Source of the DNA: Octopus sinensis
Lineage: Eukaryota
Direction: 5' to 3'
Length of the DNA: 64,000 bases
NCBI RefSeq assembly: GCF_006345805.1
Contig: NC_043003.1
Location: forward strand, 11,346,001-11,410,000
Position numbers and translations under genes: made by a program. Shown here in pieces: positions 51,618 to 61,486 of the stretch (position 1 is the stretch's first letter; every line of letters starts with the position of its first letter). The notes under the pieces were generated by a model that was given only the letters and a program-made list of their open reading frames with translations, made no database searches and had not been told where the DNA came from.

Positions 51618-51840
51618 CCTTCGGTATTCAGATTACTCTCTCAAATATAATGCTTATTAATTCACATTGCTTTGAACTAATCATGCATTATCTTTGTAGT
51701 TTTGAGATTTTGATGAGGTAACTGTTTATTTTTAGTATTACCCTGCAAGGTTGGAGTGAGATGCAGGACCTGGCCAGTTTGAATATAAAACAGGTAGAAT
51801 ATTTGGGGATAGATATGGCCTGCATAAATGCTAAAGGACC
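51618..51840 (-). mobile_element. piggyBac-like MITE family 2, abutting a family-1 left end
   Basis: TTAACCCTTCGGTATTCAG...GCTAAAGG followed by AACCCTTTTTTGATGC. Confidence 0.72.
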
Positions 51841-51964
51841 AACCCTTTTTTGATGCTAACCTGCCTGAAACAGCTTCTGGCTTTTCTTTAAAGGCTTGAT
51901 TAGAGTATGGTTTTAATACAAGAAACAGAACTTAATCCTTAGTAGAATAGTGTTTAAAATTAGT

Positions 51965-52645
51965 TCCAGTTAAGGCAGCCAGCTGGCAGAATCCTTAGCA
52001 TGCAATGCTTAGCAGTATTTCACCTGTCGCTACATTCCGAGTTCAAATCCCGCCGAGGTCAAATTTACATTTCATTCTTTGAGGATCGATAAATTAAGCA
52101 CCAGTCAAACACTGAGATTGATGTAATCGATTAGTCCCCTCTCCCCAAATTTCAGGCCTTGTGCCTTTAGTAGAAAGGGTTATTAGTTTCAGTTAAGGCA
52201 ACAAGGAGCCAGAATCGTAAGCACATTGAGCTAAATGCTTGGCAGTATTTTGTCCCTCTTTGCATTGAGTTCATATGCCATTGAGGTTAATTTTGTCTTT
52301 CATCCTCTTAGGGTTGACAAAATAAGTACCAGTTGAGCACTGGGGTTGATGTAATCATATTACCCCCAACCCCAAAATTGCTGGCCTAGTACCAAAATTT
52401 GAAGTCATTATTAATTTCAGTTAAGGTGCTGAGCTGGCAGAATCATTGGCACACCAGGTGAAATACATTTGATTTGTCTTTGCATTCCGAGTTCAAATCC
52501 ACCAAGATCGACTTTGTCTTTCATCCTTTTGGGTCAGTAAAGTAAGTACCAGTTGCATATTGGGGGTCAATGTAACTGAGTTACCCCCTCCCCCCAAATT
52601 GCTGGTTTCATGCCTATAGATGAAAAGATTATTATTTCAGTTATA
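51965..52645 (+). mobile_element. Tandem trimer of old Nin/Deu SINEs with recurring TTTCAGTT linker
   Basis: TTCCAGTTAAGG, TTTCAGTTAAGG, TTTCAGTTAAGG and TTTCAGTTAT at the four junctions. Confidence 0.82.
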
Positions 52646-52768
52646 ATGAGCCTTTAACTTAATTTGCTGCTCAACTGCTCAGTAAATGAGACAGAAACAA
52701 TTGATCACTTTTGATACTCATCTGCCAGAAACTGCCCCTGGTTCCAAAATATAAACTTTTTGTTTTAA

Positions 52769-53820
52769 CTCTTTCAGTACCAACCAGGCTGAAACCACCT
52801 CTAGCTCTGTAGTACAAATGTCTTGTTTTCATAAGTTCTGAATTAAAATCTTCCACCAAACCTTAGTTATCATTAAGCTGTTGTGAGGAACATGAATTGT
52901 GACAAAGTTATTTTACTAAATTTTTTGTTATATTTAAAATTAATTGAAAGAAACACAGAGCATCTCAACAGAAATATGGTAACAAAAGGGCTAAAATATA
53001 TAATAGAGAAACAATTCTTAATCCTTTTGATACCGCTAAGTTATGGGGACGTAAACACACCACCATCGGTTAAGCAATGGTGGGGGGGACAAACACAGAC
53101 ACACAAACATATACACACACATACATACATATACGATGGGCTTCTTTCAGTTTCCGTCTACCAAATCCACTCACAAGGCTTTCGTCGGCCCGAGGCTATA
53201 ATAGAAGACACTTGCTCAAGGTGCCACGCAGTGGAACTGAACCCGGAACCATGTGGTTGGTAAGCAAGCTACTTACCACACAGCCACTCCTGCGTCTAAT
53301 GAAATTTTTCTTAGAATATTTGGAAAATAATATATTACACACACACACACACACCAACAACAAAATAGCAGAAATAGTACTAAAAATATGGAGAAACAAA
53401 ATTGTTACAAAATTTTTTTAAATATCTTATATATTGCTAAACAGACTCCTCAATCACCAAGATTTTTTAATCTATCAAAATGCTGACAGAACCATTAAAG
53501 CACACTGGACAAAATGCTTTGCAGTATTTCACCATTCTGAGTTAGACTGGCTTTGCCTTTTATCCTTTCAGAGTTGATAGAATAAATACCAGTGGAGTCA
53601 ATGTAATTAACTAACCCCTTGACCCTATAGTAGAAAGGTTTATTTATAAGCTTAACCAACATCGAGTTCCTCTATTAACCCTTTTGTTACAGTATTTAGT
53701 TTGAGATGCTCTGTGTTTCTTTCGATAGAATAAGTACTAGGCTCCCAAAGAATACGTCCTGGGGTCGATTTGCTCTACTAAAAGGCGGTGCTCCAGCATG
53801 ACTGAAACTAGTAAAAGAGT
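52769..53820. mobile_element. piggyBac MITE dimer plus CORE SINE, rearranged by an inversion (~53035-53723)
   Basis: Spacer at 52995-53017; both the second MITE unit and the SINE are split into oppositely oriented halves. Confidence 0.75.
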
Positions 53821-55030
53821 ATCAAAAGAGGAGAGAATATTCATTAAAGATGGCACAATATAGTGGTATAATCCCATTCCAATGTAATGGTAATCCTATT
53901 TGTTTGGATTTACCTGCTTCAACTAGCTGGGGTAATCCAGGCAGCTGACAGTAAGGATTGCTGGAGAGTAGAATAGCTATCCTGGAATCCCTGAGCCATG
54001 GCAGTCCATGGGGTGGAGTGGGGTAAAGTTTCAGGGGTTAAGGTGAGCGGGTTAATGAATGAATGAATGGATGCAGTAGGGAATTGGATAAAAGGTGTAA
54101 TGTGAGGTGGAAATGTGAAGAGGGAAAGAGAGCGAGGTGAAACAAATGAGAAAGAGAGGGATGGATGCTCCACGGACTTCAGTCGTGGATCAGTCAGTTT
54201 ATATTAATTAAAGCCAAAGATAATTAACTAAGCAAAACCGTTAATAAGCTGTTTCAGCCATCTTCGTTTATGTTTTATTCGAAGCATTCTATCCAAAGAC
54301 AACATAATGCAATATTTTTCTTCCTCTTTTTGCGATGCTATAGCGAGAATTGGCTGTTGTTTTTAGCAGCCCGACTGACCACATTAACACCTCCCCTCCC
54401 CCTCATGGTGTGGTGTCTATAGATTGCGCATATATATTTCCCGTATAAAAAGTAAACGAGGCAAAACATTTGCATGCACATGATGCGTGTATATATATAT
54501 TTGTAGGTACATATATATATATACATACGTATATTCATATGCATATAGGCATATGCAAAGCATATCTATATTTCCCGCCTCTCCTTCCCCTCTTCCTCCT
54601 CCACCTCTATCGTGGTTTTTTTCTTTTTCTTTTTTGTTTTTTTGTTTTTGTTTTTTAGTCTAGTGTATTTTATACTCGCTTCTATTATCTTTATTTGGCC
54701 TCCAACCAATGTAAACAGATTCCAGATAGCTGTGAACAACAATATACTACATCTGTTACTCATTTTCTGGCAGCTATCTGACTAGGCTCCAGGGAATCTT
54801 GATCTTTTGCCAGTCAGGCTTTCAGTTCAGACCTTCTCTTTCTCCTTCTCCCCCTCTCTCTCTCATTTTCTTTCTTCTTCTCCCTCTCCCTCTCTCTGTA
54901 TTCTTCTCACTCATTTGCTAACACAAGCACTCACTCGCACACATGCGTATCTCTCTCTTCTCTCTGATACACATGTATTTTCGCTTTCTTTTTACTCATT
55001 TTTCATCTACGCTCACACGCATACGCGCAC

Positions 55031-55232
55031 ACACACACACACGCACGCGCACGTTTACTTTCTCTTCTCCTTCTTCTTCGCACTCTCTCTCTCTGATTCT
55101 CTCTATGCTCACAACCATTCACACACTCACACACACACACACGCACGCGCACGTTTACTTTCTCTTCTCCTTCTTCTTCGCACTCTCTCTCTCTGATTCT
55201 CTCTATGCTCACACCCATTCACACACTCACAC
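55031..55232. repeat. Near-perfect 100-bp tandem duplication
   Basis: ACGCACGCGCACGTTTAC at 55041 and 55141; the units differ by about one base. Confidence 0.92.
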
Positions 55233-55338
55233 ACGCACGCGTATCTCTTCTCCTTTCTCTGTTTCTCTCCCTTTTTTTTCACTATATGCACACACATACA
55301 TACACACACACACACTCGCGCACACACACGCGCATACA

Positions 55339-55375
<37 letters not shown>

Positions 55376-55947
55376 GTTCCCTCTCTCCCTCCCACACACA
55401 TATTCTCATACACGTTCGCCCCATCTCTACATACACATGCAAACAAAATTTTGTTTTAATCAATCGCCTCTCTCTCTCTCCCCCTTCTCTTCCTTTCTGT
55501 TTATAACCTTTTCCTTTAATTCCCCACCTTTTTTCTTCTTGTTTTCATTGTTCTTTTTCCTTATTCATCATCTTGTCTTAATTTTCCTTTTCTCATCTGC
55601 ACCACTCACTCCCCCCTCTCTCAGTTTTTCTTCAAGTTTTTCCTTTTTCAATATATCTTAATTTTCTTTTATTTCCAACTCTCTCTTGCATTGTCTCTTA
55701 CTCTCTCTCTCTCTAAAATAGATATGCTTCTCAATTTAGATATCTTTATACTCTGCCGTAGCTGATGATGATGAGAAGGAGGAGGCTGAAAATATATCTG
55801 TATTCAAGGTTATGGATACTTCCTTTCTTAGTACTGTGAACATTGTTGGGTCTGTGTAATTGCTATTACAATTAGAGAGGAGGAGTGAGAGAGTTAATTA
55901 ATAGATAGAGACTAAGGTAGGAAGACGGAGGGAGAGTTACATGCATA

Positions 55948-56075
55948 GAGTGAGGAACTAAGGGAAGGGAGGTAGAGAGAGAGAGAGAAATGAGTGAGGC
56001 ACGAAGGGGAGGGAGGTAGAGAGAGAGAGAAATGAGTGAGGAACGAAGGGGAGGAAGGTAGAGAGAGATAGAGAG
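55948..56075. repeat. Purine-rich ~40-45-bp minisatellite (3 units)
   Basis: GAGTGAGG(A/C)AC..AGGG..GGTAGAGAGAG occurs three times. Confidence 0.85.
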
Positions 56076-57390
56076 AAGGAAAGAGAGACTTACATGATGA
56101 GTGAAGAAGGAGAGGAGAAATATAGAGAAAGTTACATAGAGAGAGAGAGAGTGGGAGAGAGGAACGAAGCGAGGTGTAGTGGGAGGGGAAGGCAGACCCG
56201 GGCAGACCTAACTTAATACTCGTTTCTTATGGTTTATGGTTTATTTCATCTGTTTCGTTCTTATTTATATAGGATCTTTGCCCACTGCTAATATCTCAGC
56301 AGTTTTTAATGAAAAACTAAAACTGCCACAGGCTAAAAGGTGAAATATGAACAAGAGAGAGAAATGTGCTTTTGTTTTTCCTGATCTGTGTGGTCCCACC
56401 AGGGAAGGTGGAGCCGAACTCCCTCCCCCCCCCTGTATAAACACTTCACCCCTACCTCGACTCCCTCCGTGTTTCCTTCCTTCCTTCCTTCCTTCCTCGC
56501 CACCATCGTTAATCACTGGATCACTGACTCCAGTCTCGTCAGACCTTCCCCCCCTCAACACTCTATCTATCGCTTTCTTTCTTTCTTTCTTTCTTTCCTC
56601 TCCCCCGGTGTATGCGTACATAACAATACAATTGCATTCGGAAACAGGTACATCGGCATAATAATTATTCATTAATTCATGCCCCACATGCTTAAAAACT
56701 GGCGCGCTCATGCATGTACACACGCACAATCGCTTCTAAAACAATCGTACGCGCACTTTGCAGACGCAAACGTAAAAGACCTCACACAGAATAACAGAGT
56801 TTAACAGGAACAAGTGTACAGGTTTTCAAATAAATAAATGTGCAGAAAGCACATGATCGTACGTACATAAATTGGAGAGGAACATGGCATATGATTTCAC
56901 AATTAAACACCGAAACTCGTTAAAAGCTATTGCGATATTTCAATACTACACACACATACAAACATTATTTGAGCCAAACAGGAAGTCTCTGTGTGGTCGT
57001 TCGTCCCGTTAGAAATAACAGCCAAATCTCTCTGAAATCGCTCGACGAATTTTTGGTTTGTTTTTTTTTAAAAAAAGACGTGTATGTCACAATTGGAACG
57101 CTTTTGATTATATAGTGTACAGGTTTTCAAATAAATAAATAAATGTGCAGGAGTACATGATTGTACTTGCAAACAGCCAAATCTCTCTGATTTCGCTCAA
57201 CGAATTTTTGGCTTTATAGAAAAGACGTGTATGTGTTTGAAGAAGATCGTCATTTTCCGTAAAATTTTAATTTTTTATATATGTGGGGTTAGGGTTAGGA
57301 GTGGGGGGAAGGGTATCTTTTTCTTCAGAAATATAAATAAACCCACGTGGGTTTATAAGTGACAGTTATATTACTAGTACCGAATGATCG

Positions 57391-57426
<36 letters not shown>

Positions 57427-57427
<1 letters not shown>

Positions 57428-57850
57428 CATTATTGGTGAATTGAAGAAATGGAGCTGAACGCAGATTGAACAGAAATCGTTTTATTTCATTCTACACGTG
57501 TTTCGAAAGGCACAAATTACCAAAATCCGATTGAATAATGGGACCATATTGTGTCTTTCTCTTCAGGAAGAAAAAAGGAAATCCGTTGGAAAAACAAAAA
57601 CAGAACAGAGGCGGAGCAAAAAACAAATCGAACTGTGCTCCTAAGAGCCCATGGCGAAACTGTTTATCAGTGTATGTTGAGAACCGGTGGCTGAAGGTTT
57701 TAATTTCAATTATCCGCACCAACGCACGGTTGCAACGCCAGATGGTGGTACCTCCAACCGTGCTGTTTACTGCTGTGATTTTTGCTACTAAGGAATCGGT
57801 TAAACTTTTGATTAATCTACTACAAGATTATTCATCTTTCTATTTCACAT
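57427..57850 (-). mobile_element. ~425-bp Penelope-like terminal repeat / retrozyme-like element inserted in (TA)n
   Basis: Flanked by (TA)n on both sides, CpG intact, carries a hammerhead motif with AATAAA just 3' of the cleavage site. Confidence 0.6.
57485..57573 (-). ncRNA. Type I minimal hammerhead ribozyme (intact core)
   Basis: Minus strand: TTTCTTC CTGAAGA GAAAG-A-CACAA...TTGTG-C-CTTTC GAAA CACGTG TA^ GAATGAAA. Helices I and II pair, and helix III is the palindrome ACACGTGT. Confidence 0.8.
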
Positions 57851-57876
57851 AATATATATATATATATATATATAAT

Positions 57877-58205
57877 GAAGCATGGCTCAGTGGTTAGAGC
57901 GTCGAGCTTACGATTGTGAGTTTGATCCCCGTATTGGGCTGCGTGTTGTGTTCTTGAGCAAGACACTTTATTTCTCATTGCTCCAAATCATTCAGCTGTA
58001 GAAATGAGTTGCGACATTACTGGTGCCAAGCTGTATCATCAGCCTTTGCCTTTCCCTTGGATAACACTGGTGGCTTGGAGAAGAGAGGCCGGTATGCATG
58101 GGCAACTGCTGGCTTTCCACAAACGACCTTGCCTGGACTTGTGCCTGGGAGGGTAACTTTCTAGGTGGAATCCCATGGTCTGTGTCGTGACCAAAGGAAG
58201 TCTCC
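57877..58205 (+). mobile_element. tRNA-derived SINE 'family D'
   Basis: Homologous to 48514-48870. Confidence 0.8.
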
Positions 58206-58210
58206 TCCTC

Positions 58211-58245
<35 letters not shown>

Positions 58246-58461
58246 TGAGTCATTATTTCACAGATGCTCTTGTTGCTCATTTTGGCATGTTTTGCCTGGA
58301 AGGGATCAGTCATCTTACATGTCTGAAAAAGCACAACATGAACAAAGGTGCAAATGAGCGGTTGACAGATGTTACAATGACAATGCTTTCAGTGACCAAC
58401 ACTTGCAGAGCACAAATGTGAACAGACACTTGAACACTCACGCACATTCAGTTTCTTATTT

Positions 58462-58682
58462 CTTTACTACCCACAAGAGGCTTCACACAGAGCGGACAGA
58501 CAAACAAACAGATTAAGTCGATTTATATCAACCCCAGTGCGTAACTGGTACTTATTTAATTGACCCCGAAAGGATGAAAGGCAAAGTCGACCTCAGCGGA
58601 ATTTGAACTCAGAACATAGTGGCAGAAGAAATACTACTAAGCATTTCGCCCGGCGTGCTAACATTTCTGCCAGCTCGCCGCA
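58462..58682 (-). mobile_element. Young Nin/Deu SINE
   Basis: CTTATTTCTTTACTACCCACAAG...CCAGCTCGCCGC. Confidence 0.9.
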
Positions 58683-59860
58683 CTTTTAGTTTCAGTCTAG
58701 CAAATTTCCACTTGTAGGGCTTTGGTTGGCCTGGGGCTATAACAGAAGACACTTGCCCATGGTGTCACGCAGTGAGACTGAACCTGAAACCATGTGATTT
58801 GGAGTTGCACTCTTACCTTTGATGATGGAATCAAATATGTTGTGTGTCTGGTTTTAGACCTAATGCAAGTTGTAGTTGATGGTGATGATAACTGTGATGA
58901 TGATAATGGCAATAATGATTGTGATGATGATGATGTTTGGCTTTATTGATCCAGATAATTGGGGAAGCAACTTCAAAAAAATTAGGCTTCAATTTTTCTT
59001 GTCAGAGAATCAACATTCAGGTGATCCAGCTAAGCTTTATCTTTGTTCTGATGGATCTTAATTAACTTCTAATTAACTTTAACAATTCATGCTTTCACGA
59101 TTCTCGTTAATTTTCATTCACACTTTGATTAAAAATCTCAATGCGTGACAAAACTGACTAATGAAATTTTAAACAAATGTACTCAACGAGAGTGTCAATC
59201 AACGCACTAGTTGTTATGCGGTTTGCTTCTGAATGAATGTGACCCTATGAAGGAGGTGCCCAGGGACTCTGCTCTGACAACCCTGCTAGAAATAGTGTGC
59301 AGAAAATATGGATGGATGGACACTTTGTATAGATAGAGGTGAAAACTTTGTCTTCGTACACAATATCTCATAGTTGGAAAAGCGGGATTGACTGGACTAG
59401 TTTCAAACCTCTCATGGGATTTCCTTCACAGAAGGATGTACATTGGGCGTCCTTCCTAAAGTATGGTCAACATTCTGATGGAGGTCTGTTAGAATGTGGG
59501 TGTTCATGAATGTAGGACACTGACCATGGAACTATACATGTACCACATTTGTATCCTGTTTGATGCAAGTGTAAATGATAAAACAGGGTTAAAACCATTT
59601 TGGTGTTTCATCTTCTTTCTGTCCATGAAAATGTGTGTGTTTGTGTTATATATGGATGTTTGAAAGAGAGAATGAAAAAAAAGACATGTAGATTTAGCGG
59701 TCAAGCAATGCAGTTGGCATTAAGAAGGGCATCTAGTCATAAAATTCATGTCAAATTAGACAAGAGTCTAATATAGCTTTCCAGCTTGCCAGCATGGACA
59801 ATGGACGTCAAATGATGATAGTAATGATATATACACTCATACACATATATATACATACAT

Positions 59861-59902
<42 letters not shown>

Positions 59903-59920
<18 letters not shown>

Positions 59921-60133
59921 TACATTTGACGGATATTTGTCCTCATCTTTTTGCATGATTTCACAATTAAACACCGAAACACAACATTTCGGCTCATATA
60001 CCCTCCAGCCTTCATCAGGTGTCTTGGGGGAAATTTCGAACCTGGGTTCTGTAACAACAAACAAGATGAGGACAAATATCCGTCAAATGTAAATAATGTA
60101 CATAATTCCTCATCTCTTAAATACAGAACTGTA
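59903..60133. mobile_element. Penelope-like terminal fragments in inverted arrangement
   Basis: TTTACATTTGACGGATATTTGTCCTCATCTT and its reverse complement AAGATGAGGACAAATATCCGTCAAATGTAAA; homologous to 61487-61640. Confidence 0.75.
59978..60025 (-). ncRNA. Minimal hammerhead ribozyme motif, core intact, helix III CpG-decayed
   Basis: AAGACAC CTGATGA A GGCT..AGCC GAAA TGTT^ GTGTTT. Confidence 0.6.
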
Positions 60134-60450
60134 TTAACACACACGTACACACGCGCGCACGCACACACATACATTTATGAAGAGGCAGTTCTAGTCTCTC
60201 TTAGCCAACTCTAAACTCTACCATAGTTTTGTTGAAGCAGAGATGACAGCATCACTAAGCAGATGCACCGTAATGCAGACGATTAGAATTTAGTGAATTC
60301 TAGAGAAATTGAAATGACTGAAGGGCATGAAGAACAATAGCTAAACGAGTGTTTGCCTTTGTTAATGTAGTGAACATTAAAAAGCTAATTAGAAATAATT
60401 CTGTTGTGAAGCACAGAGAATATTAGTTCCTGCTTTAAGATAAGCCTGTA

Positions 60451-61319
60451 CAGGGATCCCTCGTTTATCGCGGTAGATTGGTTCCGAGACCAACCGCGAT
60501 AACCGAAGTTTTGTGAAGCAGGGACACCATATTTACTGTATTTATTTAACGTGTATTTGGACTTTTAAATCCCTCCTTGTACTCTTAACAACCCACCCAT
60601 TACAGTAGTCTATTAATAACAAGGGCAACTGTTAAGCAATAACACTTTAGATTTAAAAATAAAGATTGTTACTGCACTCAACACGAAAGAAGTTGAAAGT
60701 AAAATTTGAATGATGATGGTGATGAATTTGCTGTGCAGTAGAAATGATGATGATGAAGCTCACGGCAGTGCCCTTTCCTGGGACACCTCTTCCACTTCTT
60801 CCGAAGGTGCAACTGCAGTAGTAGCAACAGGACTTATTAAAGGTGGTGGCAGCCGTCTTCTTAATGTTAGCCTCGTCCTTCTTAATGTAGCGAATGGTGG
60901 ATTTGTTCACGCTAAAATGGTGGGCTACGGCAGCGAAAGTTCTCCCTTCCTTCAACATATCCAGAAGTTTCACCTTCTCAGCGATTGTCATCATTCTTCG
61001 TTTGTGTTTAGGCTCAGTACCAGCCTTGGAAGAAGCAGCAGATTTGGGAGCTAATGAAGGGGAGGAAAATGCAAAGTTCAATGCAGAGAAACAAAACAAA
61101 AAAAAAAAATCACACACAGCATAGCGTAAAGTAGTAGAGTAAACCACTCGGTCAGAAAGCTTGAAGCGAAATGGCCACGAGAGAGACGAGGGAAGATAGT
61201 GTGGATCTGAGCATCGGTCAAAACCCCAATCACAGGCCATATTAGAAAATAGAAAGTTGTGATTCGTCGTCTCCCTCCGTTGCACCAATCACAGCCCGTA
61301 CTAAGTTCAAATACCCCTG
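60451..61319 (-). mobile_element. Internally deleted Tigger/pogo-like transposon
   Basis: TA|CAGGGATCCCTCGTTTATCGCGG terminal sequence plus a CENP-B-type HTH remnant. A matching opposite TIR is not convincingly present, so the right boundary is uncertain. Confidence 0.75.
60760..61054 (-). pseudogene. Tigger transposase remnant: N-terminal HTH fused to a C-terminal acidic tail, DDE domain deleted
   Basis: APKSAASSKAGTEPKHKRRMMTIAEKVKLLDMLKEGRTFAAVAHHFSVNKSTIRYIKKDEANIKK...FNKS (61054-60830), then in another frame PVATTAVAPSEEVEEVSQERALP*. Confidence 0.78.
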
Positions 61320-61486
61320 TATATGCATTTTTGCTATTTAACGCTTGTTTTGTTGTTCCTAGATAAGGAAATGATATTTATTATTAATATTTTAATGGAT
61401 TTAATGAAAAATTTTAGGTGTTCATATATATATATTTAAAAAATCCACGAAGCCTTAATAATAACAACATGGAAAAATACCTTAGG

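Larger units (their letters stand above)
54150..56810. promoter_or_regulatory. Repeat-poor, CpG-retaining, promoter/5'UTR-like region with (GA), (CTTC) and (CTTT) tracts
   Basis: SINE-free for ~2.6 kb, many intact CG/CGCG, TATAAA at ~56435, possible donor CAG|GTACAT at 56649. Strand is not resolvable. Confidence 0.3.

Noticed and set aside
56520-56545. Minus-strand CTGACGA-GACT-GG-AGTC (hammerhead-like)
   Set aside because: It is followed by AGTG rather than GAAA, and the loop is too short.
57285-57300. Interstitial telomere
   Set aside because: Only about two TTAGGG units.
60653-61288. 211-aa ORF as an intact gene
   Set aside because: Only ~75 aa are transposase HTH; the GTG start and flanking residues are incidental and the catalytic domain is absent.
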